64,000 bases of DNA from Minisyncoccia bacterium (lineage in GTDB: Bacteria; Patescibacteriota; Minisyncoccia; UBA6257; 2-01-FULL-56-20), in assembly GCA_050008535.1 (NCBI GenBank), contig JBEKML010000001.1:327050-391049 (forward strand). The letters run 5' to 3'. The position numbers and the translations under genes are program-made. This document shows, piece after piece, positions 55,424-63,713 of the stretch. Every line of letters begins with the position of its first letter. The stretch's first letter is position 1. Below the pieces are notes generated by a model, which was not told the origin of the DNA, did not search any database, and worked only from the letters and a program-made list of their open reading frames with translations.

Positions 55424-57421
55424 ATGAATCCAACTATTTATGCCGGTCGGCAGTTGCGAAATGACGAAAAGAACCTGAAGGCGATCGCCGATGGCTATGA
55501 GGTAAAACTTGGTCATAAATATTGGTTGGCGGAAGCGCTACAAAAAGATGCGATTCAAAATGGATGGGACGCTGGACATGGGAAGGAATGGAGTATGCGT
55601 TTTGAATTGAAAGGTGCCCAAGCTAGCTTTTTAATGATTCAAGATTCTTGTACTAGCGGGCTAAACGGAACTATATGGAAAGATCAGGAGGAATTGACAT
55701 CGATCTTGGAGAACGGAGATCGGACCGAAAACCTGGCGCATTTTTTGAGTTCCGATTTTAGCACAAAAACAGCGGAAAGCGGCGGAAAACGAGGAAGGGG
55801 TAAGTCCATATTCCTTTTTGCTTCGCAAAATTTGATATTTTATTTTGACTCACAGAGAGCGTCTTCTCGCGATTACGTCGCCGGAGCAATTTTCATAGAT
55901 TCTGACAAGGGAGCTAAGGTGGAAATGACAAGTGGCGATGCTGCTACGAAATACATGAAAGAGAAAACCGGAGAACACTATTCGCCCATTAAGACCAGCG
56001 GCACGCGTATTTTTATCAAGAACCCTCGGGAGGAGGTTGTCGTGGCGATCCGTGATGGCTCCATGATAAATTTCATCGAGAAAAACTGGTGGGAGATAAT
56101 AAAAAAATACGGCGCTCACATCACAGTATGCGATGGCACAGACACGAAGCAGGCGCAGGTCCCGATGTGGTATCGTGAAGACCTTTGTAAAGAAAAAGGG
56201 TTGGAACCGAAGGAATATCCGAACCTTAAGCTATCTTCCGGCGACAATAAATATCGGATTAAAAGAGTTTTTCTCATTTACAACCCAATGGGAGATACCC
56301 CGGAATCGCTCGTAGGCATCTCCATCCAACGAAAGGGGATGAGCATTGAGAGGAGGTCAACAGAAGCGCTGGTCAAGGAAGATGGCATGAGCAAGGTCTA
56401 TGGGTGGGTGGAGATGGAGCCGGAGTTGGAACATGCCATGTATGATCTCGAGGATGTTGAGCATCTTGGTTTTATTTGGACCAAAAAGCCAGCTAAAGAT
56501 TTGTTGGATTTGATAAAAATTCAGATACGAGATTTTGCGAAGGAAGTTAAATTGATCGAGAGCGAGCTGTCAAAGGAACATAAGGCCCATAAGCAAATCG
56601 AAGATGACATTGCAAAGAAGGTAAATAATTTTTTAAAAAACATCGGCTTCTCCGGGTTGGCTCTCACAAAGAGAAAAAGAACGGGAAAGAAAAGGATAGG
56701 AGAAATACCATTGAGGATATCGCTCGCAGATTTTAAATTGGCAGGAGGAAGCCGCCGCGTTAACTACGGAGAAACAATTAATGCGATTGCTGTAGTTGTA
56801 AATGAATTGGATATCTCCCTTCACGCCATCCATAGGACCTGGATTACGGATGAAGGAGGAAGAGTGGCAAAGATAAAAGAGGAGGAGATAGATTTGCATA
56901 AAGGTATTTCGCGGGCGCAGGGATGGGAACGAATGAAAGTTTCGAAGGAGGAGTTTCCTCCGGGTGATTACTCTTTCAAGTCAAAACTCACCCTCTTAGA
57001 AGATACCGACAAAGAACTACCTCGAATTGGAAGACTTGAGAAGGGAAAAGAAATTATTGTCTCAACTGCTTTTTCCGTAGAAAAAGATCCAAAAGCGCAA
57101 GGGTTTATTAAATTCGAACCGATCGTTGATAAGAACAAAGAGCGTTATATCACCACAAGACCGGAGGCCGGCGTTCTGGTCGTGGAATACAACACTCAGC
57201 ATCCGTATATCAGCAATCTTATGCCGACTGAACGCGCTGCTGATTTGGGAAGATTTCTTCTTGAGACAGGGATCATCATTGCGTTCAATGAAGTTATGGC
57301 GGAGGACATTTCTTCTGATAAGCCAAGGGTCTTTACGGACGTCAATGATGATTACGATATAACTAAGATTTTGCCCCGCGTCATGGAAGAGGTGAGTAAA
57401 TTTATGTGGCAATATCAATGA
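55424..57421 (+). CDS. GHKL/Bergerat-fold ATPase (MORC/MutL/Hsp90-like HATPase) with about 470-aa unknown C-terminal region
   Basis: All four Bergerat motifs in order: N-box DAIQNGWDAG (D42,N46,D49,A50), G1 IQDSCTSGLNG, G2 ESGGKRGRGKSIFLF (GxxGxGKS), motif IV SGTRIFI. No similarity to histidine-kinase dimerisation or MutL C-terminal domains was noticed. Confidence 0.6.
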   Translation: MNPTIYAGRQLRNDEKNLKAIADGYEVKLGHKYWLAEALQKDAIQNGWDAGHGKEWSMRFELKGAQASFLMIQDSCTSGLNGTIWKDQEELTSILENGDRTENLAHFLSSDFSTKTAESGGKRGRGKSIFLFASQNLIFYFDSQRASSRDYVAGAIFIDSDKGAKVEMTSGDAATKYMKEKTGEHYSPIKTSGTRIFIKNPREEVVVAIRDGSMINFIEKNWWEIIKKYGAHITVCDGTDTKQAQVPMWYREDLCKEKGLEPKEYPNLKLSSGDNKYRIKRVFLIYNPMGDTPESLVGISIQRKGMSIERRSTEALVKEDGMSKVYGWVEMEPELEHAMYDLEDVEHLGFIWTKKPAKDLLDLIKIQIRDFAKEVKLIESELSKEHKAHKQIEDDIAKKVNNFLKNIGFSGLALTKRKRTGKKRIGEIPLRISLADFKLAGGSRRVNYGETINAIAVVVNELDISLHAIHRTWITDEGGRVAKIKEEEIDLHKGISRAQGWERMKVSKEEFPPGDYSFKSKLTLLEDTDKELPRIGRLEKGKEIIVSTAFSVEKDPKAQGFIKFEPIVDKNKERYITTRPEAGVLVVEYNTQHPYISNLMPTERAADLGRFLLETGIIIAFNEVMAEDISSDKPRVFTDVNDDYDITKILPRVMEEVSKFMWQYQ

Positions 57422-58011
57422 ACATGGCTATCAAATTACGCAGAGGAGAAAATTTTTTCTATGCCCCGGTGACTGGTTTGCTTGATAAAAAAGAGCAGAA
57501 GCGCGCGGACGAAATATACACAAGCGCTAAGAATGCCGTAGAAAAATTAAACAAAACGAGGCGGAGCGGAACGATAGATATTCTTGCCGGGTGGCACCTG
57601 AGAGGTGTTTTAATAAATCAGATTATCCAAAAATTTGGGATAACCGAAACTGAAAAAAAGTATTTTTGGATGATGCTTTATGATGTCTCGGGAATGACGG
57701 TGCCGGACCATATTCGGAAAAACGATTTTCATGTGGCCAGCATTTTAGCAAACTATCCATTAAAGAGATTACAGGAAATCGGGGCTTGGAGTATGTGGCG
57801 AGAGATTATTGGGTCTACTAAGATTGGAAACGATGATAGGGTGGCGCGATGGGTGGTGGACTACATTGTCGAAAAAAAGATAAAAACCAGAGATCAGGCC
57901 AGGCCTTTATTGATGGCGGTTCGAAACAGGCTGAAGAGGATTGATGCTTCTATCTTAAGTAGCGGAGAATTAGCGAATAAATTGCAAGAGGTCGTAATAA
58001 AAAACAATTGA
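57418..58011 (+). CDS. hypothetical protein (197 aa), translationally coupled to the GHKL ATPase
   Basis: Its ATG at 57418 overlaps the GHKL stop (ATGA). Predicted mostly helical. No motif recognised. Confidence 0.5.
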   Translation: MNMAIKLRRGENFFYAPVTGLLDKKEQKRADEIYTSAKNAVEKLNKTRRSGTIDILAGWHLRGVLINQIIQKFGITETEKKYFWMMLYDVSGMTVPDHIRKNDFHVASILANYPLKRLQEIGAWSMWREIIGSTKIGNDDRVARWVVDYIVEKKIKTRDQARPLLMAVRNRLKRIDASILSSGELANKLQEVVIKNN

Positions 58012-58019
58012 AATTATCC

Positions 58020-59132
58020 ATGGAAAGTTCAGCTAAAGAATGTCCCGTCTGCGGCAAGCCGCTGACCCAGGAAGAGTACGACAAGGCTCTTGGTATCTGG
58101 AAGGCCAAGCACGAAGAAATAAAGCATTTGGAAAAGGAGAGGGCCGATCTCAAGCAGCAGGCTGCTTCGCTGAAAAAAGAAAAGGCTGAAGCGCGACGTG
58201 CGGCCAAGCTTCTTATAGCAGAGCAGAAACGGAAATCTGTCGCCGAGCTACGCCAATCACGACTTTTAATGAAAGAGGTATTTAAGAAGCAGCTAGAAAA
58301 CAAAGTCGGCAAAGCGGTTGCCAGCACCAAGAACAAGATGGGACAGCTGAATCGGAGTTGGAAAATCGCCCTGGAGAAAAACGAGAAGCTCCAGCAGGAA
58401 ATCAAACGGCTAAAAGAACAGCGCGAAAAAGGGATTACTCCGCAGATCGAGGGATTACTTGAAGAAGACAAGCTCTTGGCAAAACTGAAGGAATTATATT
58501 GTCCGCCTGATCAGTTTGAGCATCCAGGCAAAGGTGGCGATATTATCCAGACCGTTATGGAGCAAGGCAAACCCGTAGGGAAAATCGTTTATGAGTGTAA
58601 AAAAGTAAGATCATTTAGTCAAAGCCACGTGAAACAGGCATCCGATGCACGCGAATCAAGGAAAGCAGATTTTGCAGTGCTCGTGACCAATGCATTTCCC
58701 GCCAAGAGACAATCCTATTTTGTTTCCAATACGGTATATGTTATTAGTCCCGTAAGCGTTGAAGCCGTAACTTATACGCTACGCGAATTTCTTGTCAGAA
58801 TAGCCTTGCTCCGATTGTCGAATGCGGCAAAAGAGAAAGCCGTCAATGAGATTTACAAATACATGTCCGGAAACGAATATAGCGATAAGGTTAACGGAAT
58901 GGCGTCCCAGCTCTTAACGCTCAGGGGTGATTTGAAATCAGAAATTAACTCGCATTGGCAGATATGGAAAAAGCGCTACGCATCCTATCAAACTCTCTTT
59001 GTGGATCTTGGCACTATAGATTCCCGGCTGAAGAGTTTGCTGGCGCTTGGAGACGGTGACCGAGAAACGCCGAAGCTAGCCGCAGGACAACAAAAAACTT
59101 ATCCTCCACTTGAGGAACTCGAAAGGAAATAA
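58020..59132 (+). CDS. Zn-ribbon / coiled-coil / PD-(D/E)xK nuclease-fold protein
   Basis: N-terminal CPVCGKP. About 130 aa of Lys/Glu-rich heptad-like coiled coil. C-terminal restriction-endonuclease-like core FEHPGKGGDIIQTV...GKIVYECKKV (E, D, ExK motifs). Starts 8 nt after the upstream stop (alternative TTG at 58008 would overlap the stop). Confidence 0.55.
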   Translation: MESSAKECPVCGKPLTQEEYDKALGIWKAKHEEIKHLEKERADLKQQAASLKKEKAEARRAAKLLIAEQKRKSVAELRQSRLLMKEVFKKQLENKVGKAVASTKNKMGQLNRSWKIALEKNEKLQQEIKRLKEQREKGITPQIEGLLEEDKLLAKLKELYCPPDQFEHPGKGGDIIQTVMEQGKPVGKIVYECKKVRSFSQSHVKQASDARESRKADFAVLVTNAFPAKRQSYFVSNTVYVISPVSVEAVTYTLREFLVRIALLRLSNAAKEKAVNEIYKYMSGNEYSDKVNGMASQLLTLRGDLKSEINSHWQIWKKRYASYQTLFVDLGTIDSRLKSLLALGDGDRETPKLAAGQQKTYPPLEELERK

Positions 59133-59189
59133 CTTCCTTCGGTCCACATAAAACAACCTATCCCGACTGTTTTTACCAGACATCCATTC

Positions 59190-60806
59190 ATGAGAATAAC
59201 GGAATTCAAAATTAAGAATTTTAAATGTATTGGCCCTGAACCAATCACTCTAGACTTCACGGAAGATATTCTTGTTCTTATTGGGCAAAATAATGTTGGA
59301 AAGTCATCAGTGCTAAGGGCCCTTGATTTCTACTTTTCAGGGACTAAGACATTGCCAGAAAAATACTTTTATAACCACCAGCATGACCAAGATCATGCCG
59401 TAGTCATTGAACTAAAATTTAGCGACCTTTCTAGTCAGGATAGGGTTCACCAAGCCGTATCGCCGTATATCTCTACCGATAATTCTTGGATTCTCAGAAA
59501 ATCTTACTATTACGATAGCGATGGTGGAGGTAAATGTGATTACGCCGCTATTGTTGATGGCGCAGAGAAGAAAAATCCAGCGGGCCTGACACAAAACTGC
59601 GACAATCTCTTTGTCGGCGACAAAATGCAAAAGATCTTTGTAGAGGCGGTAAAAGATGTGTCTGATGTGGTGGAGGGGAAAAGCAAATCAACATTTGGAC
59701 AGATATTTAGCATAATCCTTAAGAATGCAGTAGAGGCAACAAGTGAATATACATCACTACTTGATGCGCTCCGCGCATATCAAAATCTTTTCCGGGGCGC
59801 AGGCCAATTATCGCAGATTACGCAAGTGGAAAATACCATCAACGAAAGACTGGCAAGAATAATTAGCGCAAGCAGCAAAATAGATACGGAATCGCCGCAA
59901 GTAGAGAAATTTATGCCAGCACCAAAACTCCTAACAGACGACGGGAGAGGAATCGACATTGATCCTACCGAACAAGGCCATGGCTTACAGCGAGCTTTAA
60001 TATTTGTTTTATTAGAATTACTAGCGGAGACAACTAGTCCCATGACTAAAGAAGTAGGCCCTAGAAACTTATTAATGATTGAAGAACCTGAAATTTATAT
60101 GCATCCGCAAATGCTAAGGAAGATAGCTGATACTCTCTATGAAATTGCTTCACAAGGTAAGGCACAAGTGATCTGCACTACACACTCACCCATTTTCATC
60201 AGAATCGCAGAAAAACAGAAGGCGTTAGCCCGCTTTGTCAGAAAAGAAGATAATTCGCTTACCGTTTTTCAGCAAAAGACGGATATTTTCTCTGGAGCCG
60301 GAGCAACAGAATTAAAGAAACAACTACAAATGATTACCAACTTTGATCCCGCAGTGAACGAGTTATTCTTTGCGAGAAGGGTGGTGCTTTTAGAAGGAGA
60401 TACTGAACTTGCCGTATTTCGTGAGGCTCCAAACTTATTGTTCGCGGGGAACAAAAATAACCTCCGTGATTGTCGGGATACCACTGTTATCAACTGTAGG
60501 GGCAGAAACACCATCCCATTGTTTCAAGAGATTCTAAACCACTTTCAAATTCCTTACGTTGTCATTCACGATACCGAAGGAGAAGATAAGACCAGCGGTA
60601 TAAACGGTAAAATTCTTGGATTACTTGGCGGTGATGAATCAAAACGTAAAATGTTCAGTCCTAATATAGAAGATGGTTTAGGTATTACGGACAGAGGAGG
60701 CAATAAGTCAATCAAAGCCCTGGATCGTATCCAAGAATTGAATGGCCTCGGTCAATTAGAGGGGAAAATAGGAAGTTACATAAGATTCGCTTACAACATT
60801 CCATAG
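59190..60806 (+). CDS. OLD-family nuclease (N-terminal ABC-type ATPase + C-terminal Toprim), class-1-like standalone architecture
   Basis: Walker A GQNNVGKSS, Walker B/D-loop LLMIEEPEIYMHPQ, H-loop VICTTHSP. Toprim Glu VVLLEGDTELAVF and acidic cluster VVIHDTEGED. No adjacent UvrD-like helicase. Confidence 0.75.
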   Translation: MRITEFKIKNFKCIGPEPITLDFTEDILVLIGQNNVGKSSVLRALDFYFSGTKTLPEKYFYNHQHDQDHAVVIELKFSDLSSQDRVHQAVSPYISTDNSWILRKSYYYDSDGGGKCDYAAIVDGAEKKNPAGLTQNCDNLFVGDKMQKIFVEAVKDVSDVVEGKSKSTFGQIFSIILKNAVEATSEYTSLLDALRAYQNLFRGAGQLSQITQVENTINERLARIISASSKIDTESPQVEKFMPAPKLLTDDGRGIDIDPTEQGHGLQRALIFVLLELLAETTSPMTKEVGPRNLLMIEEPEIYMHPQMLRKIADTLYEIASQGKAQVICTTHSPIFIRIAEKQKALARFVRKEDNSLTVFQQKTDIFSGAGATELKKQLQMITNFDPAVNELFFARRVVLLEGDTELAVFREAPNLLFAGNKNNLRDCRDTTVINCRGRNTIPLFQEILNHFQIPYVVIHDTEGEDKTSGINGKILGLLGGDESKRKMFSPNIEDGLGITDRGGNKSIKALDRIQELNGLGQLEGKIGSYIRFAYNIP

Positions 60807-60826
60807 AATTTATCCTGGGCGCTGGA

Positions 60827-62917
60827 TTACCCGACCACCACCCGTGCATCCACGACCACCGCGCCGCGGTCGGTCGCCATCGCGGGGTTTAGGTCAATCG
60901 CTTGTATTTCGGGGTTCAGAAGCGCGAGGTGCGAGAGGGCGACGATGAGCTTTGTGAGTGCCCGCGCGTCAACGGGTTTTTCGCCGCGTGCGCCGCGGAG
61001 GAGCGATGCGCCTTTTATTTCGTCCATCATTTTGCGGGCATCGGCGTCGGCGACGGGCGCCACACGGAGCGCCACGTCGTGCATGGCTTCTACGAAGATG
61101 CCGCCGAAACCGAAGCTTATGACCGGTCCGAAGACGGGGTCGCGCTTCATGCCGATGATGATCTCTTTGCCTTTTGCCATGGGCTGCACGAGCATTCCTT
61201 GTATCACGGCGCGGGGCGCCTTGCGGCGGACGGCCTTCGCGATCTCGTCCCATGCGTCGCGCGCCGCCTTAGCGTCCGCGAGGTTCAATCGTACGCCGCC
61301 CACGTCCGTCTTGTGGCTTATTTCCCGCGAGATGACCTTCATTGCGAAGGGACCGGCGCCGAGTTCTTCCAAGATCGCATCAAGATCAATTTTTGCGCGC
61401 ACGAATTCGCCGCTTATTTCAATGCCGTATTTTTCGAGGAGTATGCGGGCGGCGGCGAAGTCCATGAGCGTTGCGGCGGACTTCAAAGCGGAGAGTTTTG
61501 GGGCGGCAGAGGGGGCGGCGGCCGGTTTCGCTTCCGCCTTTTTCCCGAACACCGCGAACGCGAGCGCGTCCAGCGCTCCGATCGCGTCATCCGGAAAATC
61601 AAAATTGACGAGATTGGCCTCGCGGAGCGCCCGCACGCCGTCCGCAACGGCTTCGCGGCCCATAAAGACCGGTATGACAAGCTTCTTTTTCCCGTAGGCC
61701 GCGAGGAGCCGCGCCGTGCCTGCGGCATCCGTCATCATCTGCGGCGTGAGGATAACAATAATTCCCTGGGCGGCTTTTTCCGCGCATAAAACTTTGAGCG
61801 CGCTTTCGTAGCGCGGGGGCAAGGCGTCGCCCAAAATGTCCACGGGGTTTCCGAGGGCCGCTATCGGCGGGAGCGCCTTTGCGAGTGCGCGCGTTGCGGC
61901 TTCGCTCAATTTTGCAAGCGAGAGCGACGAGGACAATTCCACGAGGTCCGCTGCGACGACCGACGGCCCGCCGCCGTTCGTGAGGATCGCGATCTCGCGC
62001 GGAGGTTTTTGGGTGTCCAGGGCGCCCGATGTGAGGCCAAGCTGGAGAAGCTTCGCCGTGTTATAAAATTCGCGGAGGGAGCCCACGGTCACGACGCCGC
62101 ATTCGCGGCAGGCTGCTTCAAAGACCGCGCTTTCCGGCGCGAGCGAGCCCGTGTGCGAAAGTGCCGCCGCGCTCCCGCGCGCGCTCCGGCCGGCCTTCAA
62201 AACAACAACGGGTTTTTTCTGCGTGATTTTCTTCGCGAGCGCCATGAATTTTTTCCCGTCGCTTACTTTTTCCAGATATAGCATGATCGCTTCCGTTTCT
62301 TTGTCTTTTGCGAGATATTCCAGAAATTCAATTTCCGTGAGCACGGCTTCGTTGCCCAAACTGATGAACTTTGAAAACCTCACGCCTTCCTTGTGCGCCC
62401 AGTCAAGCATCGCGGCGCCCAGGGCGCCCGATTGCGAAAGGAAAGCGATCGCGCCCGGCGCGGGCGTCTCCGCGGCCGCGAAAGAAGCGTTCAGCCCCGC
62501 GTGCGTGTCGATCGTGCCCAAGCAGTTCGGGCCGAGAAGCGCAACGTGGTAGCTCGCGGCCGTCATCCTGATCTTTTTCTCTAGTTCCTTGCCGGCGTCG
62601 CCCGCTTCCTTGAAGCCGGATGAGATGATGATGGCCGCGCCGACTTCTTTTTTGCCGCATTCCTCAAGCACCGCGGGCACGGCGAAAGCGGGGATGGCGA
62701 TCACGGCAAGGTCAACCTTGTCTTTTATTTCCGCTATTGACCTGTAGGCAGGCAGGCCGAGGATGACCCGCTCGGTGAGCGAAACGGGAAGTATTTTCCG
62801 CTTGTGCGCCCCGCCGTTTTTCAGATTGAAGACCAGCGAATAGCCGACTTTGTTTTTGTCGTTTGAGGCGCCGATGACCGCGACCGACTGCGGATCAAAG
62901 AATTTTTTGAGATCCAT
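60827..62917 (-). CDS. acetyl-CoA synthetase (ADP-forming), fused alpha/beta domains
   Basis: N-terminal CoA-binding Rossmann VAVIGASNDKNKVGY, succinyl-CoA-synthetase-like ligase domains, C-terminal ATP-grasp region. 696 aa. Confidence 0.75.
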   Translation of the reverse strand: MDLKKFFDPQSVAVIGASNDKNKVGYSLVFNLKNGGAHKRKILPVSLTERVILGLPAYRSIAEIKDKVDLAVIAIPAFAVPAVLEECGKKEVGAAIIISSGFKEAGDAGKELEKKIRMTAASYHVALLGPNCLGTIDTHAGLNASFAAAETPAPGAIAFLSQSGALGAAMLDWAHKEGVRFSKFISLGNEAVLTEIEFLEYLAKDKETEAIMLYLEKVSDGKKFMALAKKITQKKPVVVLKAGRSARGSAAALSHTGSLAPESAVFEAACRECGVVTVGSLREFYNTAKLLQLGLTSGALDTQKPPREIAILTNGGGPSVVAADLVELSSSLSLAKLSEAATRALAKALPPIAALGNPVDILGDALPPRYESALKVLCAEKAAQGIIVILTPQMMTDAAGTARLLAAYGKKKLVIPVFMGREAVADGVRALREANLVNFDFPDDAIGALDALAFAVFGKKAEAKPAAAPSAAPKLSALKSAATLMDFAAARILLEKYGIEISGEFVRAKIDLDAILEELGAGPFAMKVISREISHKTDVGGVRLNLADAKAARDAWDEIAKAVRRKAPRAVIQGMLVQPMAKGKEIIIGMKRDPVFGPVISFGFGGIFVEAMHDVALRVAPVADADARKMMDEIKGASLLRGARGEKPVDARALTKLIVALSHLALLNPEIQAIDLNPAMATDRGAVVVDARVVVG

Positions 62918-63711
62918 TATTTATAGAGCTGTTCTTCAAACGACGGCTGTTCCACGCGGTAAAAAATGCCGAGCGGCACTTTTGCGTCCGCGCCGCCGGG
63001 CGCGCCGCTTGCGCGCACCGCCTCCATTGCGTGCGCGAGGTCGTTTTTCGGTTCGTTTTCGTCTATCCAATACACGCGGTCTTTGAAATATTCGCGCGTG
63101 TCGTAGAACGTGATGCACGGCTGGATGATGTCCACGAAGGAAAATCCTTTGTGCGCGATCGCGGCTTTCATGATGTCTTTTGTTTTCGCGATGTCCAGGG
63201 CGTATGTGCGCGCGACGAACGTGGCGCCGGACGAAAGCATGAAGAGCAGGGGATTGAACGGCGATTCAATGCTGCCGTAGGGCGTTGATTTCCCTTTGAA
63301 GCCCACGGGCGTCGTGGGCGTCGCCTGGCCGGTCGTGAGCGCAAAGACCTGGTTGTCGTGGACGAAAAGATTGATGTCCGAGTTCCTGCGTGCCGCGTGC
63401 ACCAGGTGACCTACGCCTTCCGAGTATGAATCACCGTCGCCGCTGAACCCCACGACCATGAGCAAAGGGTTCGCCATTTTTATGCCCTCCATGTTTGCGA
63501 TCACGCGGCCATGAAGCGAGGTGAACGTGTTCGTGTTCAGGTAATCGGTGATCTTGCCGTGGCAGCCGATCCCCGCTGCCGCGACCAGATTTTCCGGTTT
63601 CAATTTGCCGTCATTTACAAGATCGGTTACTGCTTCGCGGAATGCCACAAGGATCCCTCCGTTCGGGCATCCCGGGCACCACGTGATCTTTGCTTTGGTT
63701 GCGAGGTCCAT
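62917..63711 (-). CDS. 2-oxoacid:ferredoxin oxidoreductase beta subunit (TPP-binding)
   Basis: WCPGCPNGG N-terminal motif and TPP-binding GDGDSYSEG...N motif. Confidence 0.8.
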   Translation of the reverse strand: MDLATKAKITWCPGCPNGGILVAFREAVTDLVNDGKLKPENLVAAAGIGCHGKITDYLNTNTFTSLHGRVIANMEGIKMANPLLMVVGFSGDGDSYSEGVGHLVHAARRNSDINLFVHDNQVFALTTGQATPTTPVGFKGKSTPYGSIESPFNPLLFMLSSGATFVARTYALDIAKTKDIMKAAIAHKGFSFVDIIQPCITFYDTREYFKDRVYWIDENEPKNDLAHAMEAVRASGAPGGADAKVPLGIFYRVEQPSFEEQLYK

Positions 63712-63713
63712 GG

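Larger units (their letters stand above)
54930..60810. other. low-GC genomic island (about 5.9 kb) carrying a five-gene same-strand cassette
   Basis: Marked drop in GC by eye (roughly low-to-mid 40s % versus about 60% in flanking genes). Bounded by the end of the FAD oxidoreductase gene and the convergent acetyl-CoA synthetase gene. Confidence 0.55.

Noticed and set aside
59190-60806. Calling the OLD-family gene GajA (Gabija) or AriB (PARIS)
   Set aside because: Gabija requires an adjacent UvrD-like helicase (GajB), and PARIS has the ATPase and Toprim/DUF4435 on separate proteins. Neither arrangement is present, so only the family (OLD, class-1-like) is asserted.
60902-61789. 295-aa and 250-aa plus-strand ORFs antisense to the acetyl-CoA synthetase gene
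   Set aside because: Antisense artefacts inside a 696-aa gene with clear CoA-binding and ATP-grasp organisation.
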